Shown here: in pieces, positions 14,092-27,218 of the stretch
Layout of the letters: each line of letters opens with the position of its first letter
Numbering within the stretch: the stretch's first letter is position 1
From: Tubulanus polymorphus
Taxonomy: Eukaryota > Animalia > Nemertea
Assembly (NCBI RefSeq): GCF_964204645.1
Contig: NC_134028.1
Span: 930,001-994,000, forward strand
Length of the DNA stretch: 64,000 bases
Direction: 5' to 3'
Notes under the pieces: generated by a model
Database searches by the model: none
Seen by the model: the letters and a program-made list of their open reading frames with translations, nothing else
Told to the model about the DNA's origin: nothing
Translations under genes and position numbers: made by a program

Positions 14092-17000
14092 CGTGTGTTG
14101 CAGCTGGTGCTGGTGTTGGTGCTGATTATCATGCAAAACGAATCATCACCGTTGAAGAATCTTTCGCGTGCAACAAAGGCTTCATGCTAATAGGATGCAA
14201 AGATAATTCAAACGATTGTTATGAATAATTCATCCCACGGCAGAAAATCAGGCTAAAATCCTATCCATCCCCAACAATCCTCTTTACTCGCATAAGCCTA
14301 GGGTATTGTTGATCTAAACCCTCAGCGTGCTATGTATATGATGTGTTCTCTCGATTAAACAGGTTCCATTAGTAGCAGCAGCCGCAGCAGCAGCAGCCGC
14401 AGCAGCCGCGGGTTCTCTATATAAACATATAACACTCATCAACTTAATGTTTGTCACCTCTATCTCTCACTCTCTCACTCTCTCACTCTGTCTCTGGTTT
14501 GTATCGTGAGAAAGCGGAGAGAGTTCGGTGACAAATATGAATTACGATGCTGATCTTCACTCGGAAGTCAACCTGTACAACTTTACACCGCAGCAATCTC
14601 TTCACATCTCACTCGTAGTCAATGATCTACAATGATCGCTTTGACTCTCTTATCTACAGTAGACTGCGCACGCGTGTCTAGAATGGATCTCACAGGACCA
14701 ATAAATTGTCACCGAGGCTGCGAGGGTCGGAGTGACGATGGGTCGTCATGGCGCGAATTCGAGTTGAAGAATTTTAGATATTTTGTCACAAGGGGCATGG
14801 GATAATCAGAGGCAATCGACTCGTATTTTCTCAAGCAAACTACAGGTGTGATAGCACCATTGAAAGCGTTTTAACTAGTGCCATATTTCCTTTCAGTAGT
14901 GGCCGGAATCACTGCTTTTAGTGGGCACAACCCGCCTGACATTTTCACATAACAACTCACTATTTCCTTTCCGTAGCTGATACCTGACGACGTGGTACTC
15001 ATGAGCGGTCAGTGTGTATGTGATGTTGTTACGGATGTGTTTATGTCGCTCGTAATGATTTCCTGCGCTATTAGGTCAGGTGCTGTAAAACAGGTAGACC
15101 CAATTAGCTCGGCTTGTCCATCCATTAGAGCGACAGAGACAATCAGACCATCTGTCACCATCTACGAGCTTTACAGGATGTTTCACTACTTAATGTAAAA
15201 ATATCAGGTACAATAGTTGTAAACCATAACACGAGAAGTACAGATACTGACACAGTTTCTGATGCTGATACTGATACTGGTGCAGTTACTGCTACTTATA
15301 CTGATGCAGTTGCTGATACTGGTACGACTAATTTTGTTGCTGAACCTTCAACATGCCCACTAGAAGCACCTACTGAGCCAGAAAAGAGATCTACCAGTTT
15401 AACTTGTGCCGGTGACGTAGTATTGAAGGAAGCAATTGGCACCGTCTGGGGGAGGTTAAAGCGTTCACATAACTGCAGAAACCGTTGTCGGTACACAATT
15501 AACAACACATTGTCCACAACCCCTTGAGGAACGGAGGTTACCGTTACACTGTCCTCCAACGTTTTCAAACTTTCTCAATAACTAGTCAATACTTATATGT
15601 ACCATCAGCCTGTTGGAAGGGTTGGTTTACAACGTGCACCTATTTTACATTATCTCCTAAAACATTTATACACGTGAAGTTGTTGTCGGATACTGCACGC
15701 ACGCTGTGCAGGAAATACAATACTGATTTACCGGTCTAGTTTACAACTCGATATTATCATCTGTTTGTACCATCGATACTCGCCTAACAACTCTTAAATA
15801 ACAACAAACGAGTTCTCGTTATTATAATCATGGATGTCTCTCTCGTGCCCATTGAGTGAATCTGCCAATATTCTCTAGACTCCTTTCCTCCCAAACACAC
15901 TCGTATCTATGTCCAATACATGGAAGGTTTTGTTGTCTTACACTGGTGGTAATAACTCTGAGAAAATATCATCGCGGGTATCCTTTTTCAGGGCTAGGTG
16001 AGAGAGAGGCCAGACTTCTGGGCCCATTGCGACTTGATAAGCGCTCTTAAAAATCCTTGTTAGCGACAGAACAAAAGATTGGTTGAATCTAAACCCTGAT
16101 TTTGCGACTAGCTCTTATATTGCTGCCACCAGCATTCATCAAATTATCTCATAAAAGATGTTTCTTTTTTAGATGGTTACTTTTTGATAGAAATAACGAA
16201 CGGCTCACGCTATTTTATAATCGAAAATTTATCATTTTGCCCCCGGCTAAATTCAAGATAAGATGAATATTTCAAACCGTTTTCAGCAACAGTAAAGAAA
16301 TAACGCCCGCGGTGAAAAGCATGAAATTGCCGAGGTTCTGAATAATCAGTGAATTCTTGTCGCAGAAACATTTTACAAAATTCATCAAACCAACCACAAT
16401 ACAAGACATGCAAGTTAACGAGATGTTAACTGTAAACTAGTTGTTTCTTTCAGTTCTTAATTGCCATTACATTCTTAACATTATCCATGTAACTAATCCC
16501 TACTAGCAATTAAGCTTAAAACTGTGGCGCATCTATTTCAGTATTTTTGTTCATTTTCAACAGTATTGTCATTTTCTACTATGTATTTAGAAATGGGATT
16601 AAATGTAAGAAAGTGATTATTAGTTGTCATCGTCAAGAATTAACCAAACCTCTTTCTTGGCCCATTTGCTCACGGTCGAGGCCCAGAGCCCATTTGCAAA
16701 GTCATAGCTTACAGACAAGTCTCATAGGTCTAATAGTCAATCGAACCTCATGACCCGGTTTATAAGCTTAGACCACTTTTGGATTTAGATCGCGACTGCG
16801 TAACTTGGGCGCAGGACTAGTTTTTTATACGTTTTATACGTTGTCTAAGCCATGGTGCAATAGGCTCCTATAGATCCAGTTCACCTGTTGTAAGTTGACT
16901 CGTGTTAGACTGGGTCCTGATAATTAGTTTTAGTTAAATGTCGTTCTACGTCACTATAAGCACGGCATAGTTTACGTATATTCATGATCGTCTGTCGTGA

Positions 17001-17121
17001 ATTATTGCTGTCACCGGAAAGACAAGATCAGATATTGAAAGATGTGGCTGTTGCTGATCTATGCTTTATTCATAAGCGGATTCAATAGGATAAATCAACG
17101 GTGATCTGAAAGTAATGACAG

Positions 17122-17389
<268 letters not shown>

Positions 17390-18679
17390 TCATCGCGGTT
17401 ATAAATAACAAATAATTCATTGTAGTCTTTCTATTGATGCCACCAGATTTTAATCGTTTTTGCCGCTTTGAATTAATTCTATCATATTGTCAACGGTGAA
17501 AGGTATTTTCAATCGTTTTATATATTGCTGCTGCTCACATTTTCCTCCTCTTCTCTCTCTCATCCTCTTTTTTCTCTCCTCTCCTTAGTTCTCTTCTCTT
17601 TTTTGGAAACAGCATCCCACGAATACTCTTAGTAACTTAACCACCTATCTATGTGGTCTAAATAACCTTCATTTTCGAAATTCTGTCACAAAACCCAATT
17701 TGTTACGTAATACATCATTAGGTATTCCATGTCGCATTCGATAATACGATATTCGTCATTCGATATTCGTTATTCGATATTCGTCGTTCCTGGTAGAACT
17801 TATCAGCGATCTCTAATTCTATTGTGGAGTTGTTTGGCTTCGATTGGCGACTAAATACGCAGAGCATTTACCAGACCGGATTCGGGTTCGATTAGAACGG
17901 TGGTCTCTAAAACGTCGATAAATTACGCGGCGGAGATTTGCAATTCATATATGGAAATTACATAATCCAAATTGAATCTTCTGTTCAGAAATTCTTTGTG
18001 GTGGACTAATCAATGAAACTGGATAGACTAATATCATATCGAGTATATCTGCGTGTGTGTAGTTTCTCATAATTAATAGTCGGACGCGATAAGGGACGCA
18101 GTGATCGTATCGCCGCTAGTATTTACTAATGGTAACACACGAAAATCTATATAAGCCATATTTCATATCATCCTATTTTCCTATAATCTCCTTACTATAT
18201 GTTTATCCCCAATCAAATGCAATTCTTTCCTTTTCCTCTTGACGCGTGCAATACCGACCGGCACGGCGTTCTCCTGTGCGCGGATTAGACGGGGTTCTAC
18301 CTGTATCCATTCATTAGCAGAAGTTATAAAGCTAAAATAAATGCTGGATAATCGCATTTGAAAAATATCGTTTTAATGCAAGTTCCATTTAGCTAATTAA
18401 TTGTTTTAAGTCAGAACTGAGAGTACCTCTTCACGTGACACCGATGATGTCATATTTGCGATGAATGCGTGCGCACTATACTAATATAAAAAACGTTACT
18501 AACGCGAGTCAAACAGTGTTTGTAATTATTTCCAGGTTGTATCGATGTGCTACAAGTGAACAGTGTTAGAGTCATCAGTATAAATGATCAGAGTAAACTA
18601 TAGTTAATGAAACCAAACACGACCGAGTTATTACTCAAACATATCGTTAATTAACAACTCAAACACGTACAGTTCACTG

Positions 18680-19013
18680 TGGAGTCAGGAGAGCCAGGAG
18701 AGGGAAAGGGTAGGGGAGAGACGAGAGGGAGAGGCGAGAGGGAGGAGAGGGGAAAAGCCAGGAGAAGGAAAGGGAGTGGAGAGCCAGGAGAGGGAAAGGG
18801 AGTGGAGAGCCAGGAAAGGGAGTGGAGAGCCAGGAGAGGGAAAGGGTGGGGGAGAGACGAGAGGGAGAGGCGAGAGGGAGGAGAGGGCAAGGGAGTGGAG
18901 AGCCGGGAGAGGGAGATGCAGAGCCAGGAGAGGGAAAGGGGGCGGCAGGAGAGGGAGAGGGAGGGGAGAGCCAGGAGAGGGAGAGGGAGAGGGAGGGGAG
19001 AGCCAGGAGAGGG
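18680..19013. repeat. Purine-rich degenerate minisatellite (ggagagccaggagagggaaagggagt-like units)
   Basis: Strong G/A strand asymmetry with a recurring gagccaggagaggg core. Confidence 0.85.
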
Positions 19014-19863
19014 ATTTTATTTCTCACGCCTCAGATGTATAACTGGTTGGTTATTTGTTTAGCTCTTGTCACAGTCTTTTCCGCTCGCTTTATTTTCAAG
19101 TATTCTATATTGTCGCGCGCACGCGCAATCCGCACCACATCGTTGACGTGTAGATGTTTGTTTTATCGAGATGGAACACAGTGAGTAGTGATACACGGCG
19201 TATTTCAGCTGATTCTCGTTATTCTCGTGTATAAAACAAGGCAGTTTCAGCATTAATTCAGCATTAGTTCAGATTTCATCTTTGAAACACTTCATGTAGC
19301 ATTCCTCCCAATATTTCCTTTGTTTGTTTTTTTTTTAATTTACAGAACTCAACGACTTGTTTATCAAAAAAGATCAGAAAAATCTCTGCTCTACCAAGTA
19401 TTTGCAAAAAACTGATTGAAAAATAATTATTTGCAAAAAGAACTCACTTAAACATCATGTAGGATTTACTATAGATAATTGAACTCTATATAGAAGATTT
19501 ATTCATTGTTGTGAATTTCAAAATTACTTATAACTGACAAAACGTGCAACTTTAGAACCAGGGGCCACGGTAGATAGATAGATGTTCAGTATTCCTGAAG
19601 ATGACTATTAGGATAAAGTCGGGACGTCACTAGCTAAAGGAAAATACTTAGACTCTATAATATCGTATCAAATAATATTTGAAAACTGGTCGAATTGAAG
19701 TAACTAGTAACTGAAGATGACGGTTAAGATAGAGTTGAAACTTTGAATATTACATTAACTGAAGGAACTTTATTTTTCATTCTTACTGACGGATTTTCTA
19801 AATTATTTTTACGCCATATGAACTGAGAGTGTTAAGAATAAAAGTGATAAAAAGCGCACTTAC

Positions 19864-19910
19864 TCAGCTATGGACTCCGACAGTAACATACGATTAATTC
19901 CTTGCTGTCG
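19864..19910 (-). other. Candidate small exon of a minus-strand gene (MLLSESIAE...)
   Basis: Minus strand reads tattttacag|cgacagc...ATG TTA CTG TCG GAG TCC ATA GCT GA|gtaagt, with consensus acceptor and donor. A CpG-rich promoter-like patch lies at ~20090-20170. Confidence 0.35.
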
Positions 19911-22019
19911 CTGTAAAATATCTCGTTGTCTTTTCAGTTGATCTTTATCCATGTTGTAAAGGAGTTAGTGAAAGTTGTTATCCTGAGGAGCAGTAGTATA
20001 TAGTTGTATGCGGATGTGACACTGGAGTTGCTGCAGCTGCTGCACGAGAACGATCTAATGATACTGTTTGACTGGAAACCGTGAAAGTATTGCACGACGT
20101 CACAAACTCCGGCGCCGACGCGACGACGCAGCGTCTGTTCTCCTCGCGACCGTGACCGACCGACCACTCTAACTAACATTTACCTATTTACACAAACATT
20201 AAACAAAGTCCAACCATCAGTTGAATGTTTTTTAGAAGAAGTTTTGAAAACAAACTTTTTGAAAAGTTTATACTGATCTGCAACTGATCTTAATCATCTG
20301 TCAATTTCAACTTTAATTTATTCAGGGACGAGTTTCATGAATTGAATACAGTTGCTAGGTTTGTGTTTGACTCTTTGAGTAAAGATTAGTTCGTGTTTGA
20401 ACCCAAGAGTCACATTTTAACTGTGGAATCGGGTAATGACAGTTTACTTCAACTATTTGGGCAACTGGTCTCGGGTAACGCAGTCACCTTGACCTGTATC
20501 GAGGATCTACTGGTTTTAGCCTAATTTTCGGACAATGAGATACATACGTAAATACAAGCAGACTCGCCGCTTCTAATATAAACCTGGCGTCGTCGAGATT
20601 CAGAATGTCATTAGCATTCAGAAGTTATCTAATTACATGCAGCGTGTGTAATCTAGTTCTGATGTGGTTTTTCCGGCCATTTGAGACAAGATTGGGGAAC
20701 AGGAAAGTGTCCTCTAACTATGATACAATTATCAGCTTTGTTGTCGCCAATAAGAACAGAGGAAATCCTGTATTCAATTGCATAGCCGCTAAATATCAGA
20801 TAATAGAAAAAAATACACGGCACCGTCCGATGATTTGTCAGTGGCTTTTTTGCACGAAATCATCGTCTGGCGAGTTCGGAAGTCATTTGATGCATATCCG
20901 CCACTTATATCTCGTGTTTATCGTGATACAAACATGGATGTAATAAGCGATGACGAAACGAAATGACTTTTCATTTTGGCGAGAAATACCGAAAATAATG
21001 AGATATATGTATGAATGATTTTTGTTATAGTTTAGTGAGTTTAGTTTGAATTCATGGATTACTTCGAAAACCGATAAATACTGATCATACTGGACGAGAT
21101 CAGTGTAATGAACTTTTTAAAGCTGTTCTTTGTAAACGGATCTGTTTTTGAATTATTAAATTAAGTCGAAAGAAAGGTCAAACGATTTCCGTGGTATCCC
21201 TTTTAATTGAGGGTTTTTCTTCAATACATCGATGTAAATTAATCTACGTGGTGCTCAGGAAATCCTAGTAATGTCTACGTGAACATAATAACCATTTCAC
21301 ATCGATTGTGCCGATGATTTACACAGTGTATGTAATTAAGGTAAGGGTTCGCGGGGATTCATTGAGATAGAGTCAGTAAGACTGCCGCTGCTGTGCTGGT
21401 ACTCATATTACTAGTGCTGCTGTACGACAGGGCGATGTTCGTCAGTAATTAAATACCAATATAATCATCAACCTTAATGTAATCGCTGTATAGAGAGTAA
21501 CGTAGCGTAACTAATTTCCCTCTGAGGATTTTTTTGCATATATTCGAGTTGACTGAAGTCTACGCTATACCCCCACCTTGCGCTAATAGATACAGCTCGC
21601 TCTAGTCTCTCAATGTTGACCATCAGGAATTGTTTATGGACGACTCTCTTAGTATTATTTCCCGTGAATGGTTCTCCTAGTACGGGAAACATTGACCGAT
21701 CAATCACAGCTAGTTAACTCGACGTTTCTCGCGTAACTACAAAATGTATTTCATTTCCCTTCGGTAAAAAATGGTCCCGGTGCTTGAATCGATCGCGTAT
21801 TTCTTTACAGAATAGATTCCGAGATGTCGAACAGCCATTATTTGGGAAATACGATTTATTTCTTATCAGTTTTCTCCACGAGTCCAGGTTCGGGCGGCAC
21901 GCTTGTCGTTTGTCACTCTTTCTAATTGTCGCACTACGGAGTCTTAAACATTACATGGTAACTTTCATAAGAACATAAGTGTGATGTCAGTGTGTACTAG
22001 AGAGACAGAGATTGGCACC

Positions 22020-22362
22020 CTGTAGTAGAGGGTTGTAGAGGGGTTGTATAGGGGTTGTAGAGGGCTGTAGAGGGGTTGTAAAGGGTTGTAGAGGGGTTGT
22101 TTAGGGTTGTATAGGGGTCGTATAGGGGTTGTAAGGGTTGTAGAGGGCTGTAGAGGGGTTGTAAAGGGTTGTAGATGGGTTGTAGAGGGTTGTATAGGGT
22201 TGTATAGGGGTCGTATAGGGGTTGTAAGGGCTGTAGAGGGGTTGTAAAGGGTTGTAGATGGGCTGTAGAGGGTTGTATAGGGGTTGTAGAGGGTTGTAGA
22301 GGGGTTGTAGAGGGCTGTAGAGGGATTGTAAAGGGTTGTAGATGGGTTGTAGAGGGTTGTAT
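22020..22362. repeat. G-rich ~10-11 bp degenerate repeat (gggttgtaga)n
   Basis: Direct reading; GGG runs every 10-11 bp. The PST/LYNP-type ORFs are artefacts of the repeat. Confidence 0.92.
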
Positions 22363-22992
22363 ACGGTACTGTGGATACAACCACTTCCTATAGGACTGGT
22401 AGCTCTGATCCCAGCCTCCTGGTTTTCTTATTCAAGTTAACATAGATGTGTTTATAGCTCAAGGATATCTTCCAACGATGTGGAAATTTCCATATTCATA
22501 ATATCAGTAATAAAAGCGTGCCTTGATGTCATTTCCGGTGTCGATGTAAGATACCTCTGTCGGGGAAATAAACACCTAGAATAACGATGTGTTCCGCTGA
22601 TGAAAAATGAAGATAAATTCGAGGAGAAATTGGGGGTAGGGGGCTATTAAACTCTGTCCCGGTTCTCGTCCGTCGCTGATAAACTGCGTCAGCGCGAAAT
22701 CGACAGCAAATTACGCGAAGCAAAATTAACGGCATCCGTCAAGGCCAAGGTCAAGGTCAAGGTTCTCGCGCCGGTAGTGATTGGTCATTATTCCGTTGGT
22801 GGAATATAAACGAATCTGTCGCAACATCGCGGACTCTCTGTACTGGGCCAGTTCTCTAGCGCCGAGCTCAGATTATAATTAAAACATGATCTGTATTTCA
22901 TATAGATATTCAAAGTGTATTTAGTTTGGAAAATCAGAATTCTCCATCAATTATTGAACACGATGAAATATGGATAATGAGGTAGTAAATAT

Positions 22993-23067
22993 CAGGCCGT
23001 AGCAAGCATTGACAAAGTGGTAGGGCCATGGCTGCAGTGGCCGCTCCACTTTAGTACTACGGCCTTG
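22993..23067. mobile_element. Small inverted-repeat element (MITE-like) just 3' of the SLC22 gene
   Basis: caggccgtag...aaagtgg pairs imperfectly with ccacttt...ctacggcc(t)tg. Confidence 0.45.
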
Positions 23068-23088
23068 GATATGTGGTAATTGCTGCCG

Positions 23089-25987
23089 TCAATGGTTCGT
23101 TCTCTTGTTGGAAACTAGTACAGCGTCTTCGAGCGGCTTCCGGTTCGTTTCGGGCAGATACAAAAATACCAGGACTGTCACGGAAATACAGAACGTGAAA
23201 TATACAGCGTACGGTACTGTCCAATGAATGGCGATACCCTGCAATTAGAAATAACAGAATAACCGCGTCAATATTTCAGCAGAAAGAAACGACCGGTGAA
23301 TAAAGAGACGATTCAGACCATCAGGACAAGTGACCTAGAGCATGACACAGCTAGCTATAGTAAAACTCGCCACATTAACGAAGTTCTCTCTATTTCTGAG
23401 TCTTAATCTTTATTCCTAATTCAATTAACTACATTGTATTGTGTATGTCGTCAACAAAATGACCTTCACGCCTTCAACGACATCGGCAGCGAATTTCGCT
23501 GTATCAACCACGAATTTGATATCAATTAGTCGAGTAATTAGTAAGGTCGATCACTTACCATATAGGCGATTTGAGGAGCAATGATTCCTCCTATACGAGA
23601 CGCTATGCTGCATGATGACATACCTAGATTTCTATAGATAAAAATAATAGAACACGTTATAACAGAAACTATTAAACACCTATATCCATGAGCAAATAGT
23701 ACATCAATGATCATCTTAGTTGTACAGTAAATCTATCTTAACAACCAGTGTAATCTAACACCTTGAGACCACATTTTGGACCTAAAACTATGCAAATGAG
23801 CCCAGTTCCTTATAGGAATTTGCTCCTCAGGTAAATGCGACATCTAATCTGAAATAACTCATATTTATGTAGTTTCGCTCCCCTGATATTTAGTTCATAT
23901 GTTTACCGTATAACTGTTGGGAAAGCCTCATTACAGTAAATAATAGTTAGTTGCATGCACGCTAGAACTGCACCCTGTCCCACTATCACCAAAATAGTCA
24001 TCAGGATTCCAATACCGGCTTCAGATTTCTTATCCAGTAAACCTATGATTAAAGCAGATACCAGACACACAACTGACACGGACATATAGCCGAAAAATGA
24101 CCTCCGTCGACCAAATCTGTAAAAAGATAAACATATTTATTCTGGATTGTTAACATATAACTTCAGTCGTTATGACACTAGTATTCTTGAAGGTGACTGA
24201 TAAAATAAAGTCGTAACGTCGAATAAACCACGAGTTCGAGGAAACTTTTTCGACTTTATTTTTCATTTGTCAGTATACGAGAGTTTTTCTACATTCAAGC
24301 ATTTGCCTTTATAGAATAGGTCCTTGTGTTTTTCTCTTACCTGTTGCCGAAATATATAGTAGACCAGATGAACGGTATCAGAGTGCACGAGTTTACTATC
24401 GAATTGATGAATATTGAACCTTCAAATGTGTTATACATAGTACTGATTCCATAGAAAATAGCAGAAACACTGAAACTTTAGATGGACAAAAATGAAAGTA
24501 GATTTTTGGACAAGTTGCGTCTAGATTCCAGCGAGGCACTGTCGATGAATTCTTACCCGGCATACATCAGTGTTAAAGTCTGAATGGCCAGTTCTCTAGT
24601 ACAGAATAGATCCAGATAATTGTGTCGTTTTCCCTCCTCCTGTTCAGACTTATCCTGAGCAGCTAACGCGCGTAGTAAACCTAGATCTGGTACTTGAGTT
24701 CTGTTCACTCGCGCCATCCAACGTATCGTCTTTTCAGCTTCTTCGAATCGACCTTTCATCGTCAACCATCGAATACTTTCAGGAACCCATCTACAGCGAA
24801 ATCTCGGTACCGTATCTACGACGACAAACTTGTGACTATATTCTAAACGAAGAAATACTTACATCACGGCGGCCACGATTGCTGGCATGAATATAGCACC
24901 TGTCAGGAAAGCAAGGTGGTCCCAACTTCCTACGAAATATGCACAGAAAGCCAGCAACATTGGTCCAAATCCAAAAAGACTAAAACCACCGATAAACGTG
25001 CGCCATTTTGGACCACAAAACTCCATCGGTAGCGTGAAACAGATACAGAACGGTCCGGCTAAAATTATAGTCTTCGAAATTAAAATGTACACATTGTGTG
25101 ATTATACGTCAAAGTTAGACAAAAAAAACTTACCAATACAGAAACCAATAAAGAATCTGAGCACAATGAACATATAATAGTTAACTGATAATCCGACAAG
25201 AACTTGTAGAATCATCACTCCGCTACAGTAGAGGAGAAGGATTATCTTACGACCGAGCCAGTCAGCCAGGTATCCGCACACTAGAGCTCCGATAAGTATC
25301 CCGGCCATTTGTATACTGATTGATAGTTCCGATATGAATGCTTTATCGCAGACAAGATCCCACTGAAATCATAACAGCATAGCTTCAATATATCGGGAAT
25401 TAGGGTATAAGTAAAAATGCCCATGGACTTTTACAAACAAGACATGGACCCCGTTTCTTCGAAAGTTTCAAACATTTGGTTTGATTGCTATTGAATTATT
25501 TCCCATTATCAATGAGGACAACTATTCTTAAACTTGTCATGAAATCGGACCCACGTGACTCGAGATTCATTGATCTTACCTCTGTGACTATAGAATAAAC
25601 GGTGGTTGTCGTATCATAATCAAATTCTACACATTTACTTCCATTTATTTGACAAATTCCACTACAAGACGTATTCAATGTTAAATTTGATGAAAATGTC
25701 GACGATGTCGTCAGATTTTGACCGGAAAACCGAACACATTTCCAATTGGGAACAACATTGGAAAACATGTAATAAAGTGTAATCCAACCGGCGGAAAAAT
25801 TCAATATAACGTTTATAGCAACGAGACGTATTTGAAATAGACCGAAATAGCCTAAAACCTTGAGCAAACGTTCGAAATGTAAATCGGTATCTGATGCGAA
25901 CGTCTCAACTTCAGCCGAATCAACGACCAGAGCTCCGTCAACATCGGCTACAGTAGATACATTCTCATTTTCTTCCTCGTCACCCAT
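23089..25987 (-). CDS. SLC22-family organic cation/anion transporter-like protein, paralog 1 (8 exons)
   Basis: Exons 25987-25580, 25362-25134, 25058-24863, 24790-24557, 24475-24341, 24116-23907, 23631-23559, 23238-23089, all GT-AG with compatible phases. Motifs: FERLLKVLGYFGLFQ, SIVTE-WDLVCD, GYLADWLGRK, WVPESIRWL, FGRR, EAFPTVIR, LPETNRKPL. Confidence 0.93.
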
Positions 25988-26846
25988 AGCAGCTAATCAC
26001 CGGTCTCGCGACCTACACTAGAGGCACCGTCGCTAAAAATGCTCTAGTTGTGCATTTTGCAAAGGATATCATTTTCCAACTCGGTCACGTGTCAAGATAT
26101 TTCCATTAGGTCACGATTAGTTATTTACACTTCTACCACACAACCTGAATTCAGTTTATAAACATAAACAGGGCTTTAAAAAGTGTAACTCATAAGGAAG
26201 ATTTATGAGTTGATGCCGGTGTAGAGTGTATATATCCCTCGGTGCTACAGGAAGCGCGGTATACTTTACAATTACATGTCTGGATATATGATTAATAGGC
26301 TGTGTTGAACTGTCGACGGTTTCATCCTCCCCCGGCAAGGTTTCGAACCTGATGACATCGAGACGATCGCGGTATGACGTCACGTGTGGCAGTCTCGTTC
26401 TCGATGCCATCAGACTCGAATCCCTGCAAAAGGAGGACGTGCACCTGTCTAAGTATGCTCCATTGCGTTCCCGTTTCAATGATGCACTCAACAGTTGAAA
26501 CCGTCTTGGCCAACTCGTGTATAGACTCGACTTCTGTGATGCCTTCACGGCAATGTAAGCCTAATCCTCCCGCGCCTGTCCATGTGTTGTATAATATCTA
26601 GACCTTTAGATCAGTGTGGTCGACTCTAAATATCCGCTACTTACTCCTTTGCCTGGTGACTCGTTATACAAGCCTACAATGTGATATCATGTAGTCAATG
26701 AATTATTTATGAATAGATTGGCTTATCAGCACTGAGGCTACTACTGCAGCGACGTATACGCCACCTGTCGGATTATTCATATGTGTTCTATCTTTCGTTT
26801 TTTCTTGTTACTCGAGCAGATGGCTTACAGTCGCGGTGCCCAGGCT

Positions 26847-26960
26847 GGGGTGGCTCCAGGCTGTCATTCCGTTCAGTAGTGGGTGGCTCCAGGCTGTCAT
26901 TCCGTTCAGTAATGGGTGGCTCCAGGCTGATTCCCTTCGGTTTAGTAATGGGTGGTTCCA
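26847..26960. repeat. 33-bp tandem repeat, ~3 copies
   Basis: gggtggctccaggctgtcattccgttcagta(g/a)t repeated. Confidence 0.85.
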
Positions 26961-27218
26961 GTCGTAGGTTGGAGCTGAATTTGGCATGCGAGGGTTCACA
27001 GAAAATTCTTATATCGGAGGGGGACTAATGTGAAATTTTGACTTAAGCAATGACCAGTACAAATCGGGTTCTGCTTTGTCACAAACTTGACTAGGACTCA
27101 AAGATAGTTCTATCTGTTAACAGGATTGTTTATTTCTTGATAGATTAATTATATGAATACAAAAGTAAGTTTCAAAATCAATGTATATACAATTTCTCAT
27201 GAATGACGCTCTCATCAA

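Noticed and set aside
15296-15568. 90-aa minus-strand ORF
   Set aside because: Non-ATG start, runs into low-complexity DNA, and shows no recognisable homology.
26156-26601. Overlapping ORFs between the SLC22 genes
   Set aside because: No recognisable domain, start context or splice partner; possibly a decayed fragment.
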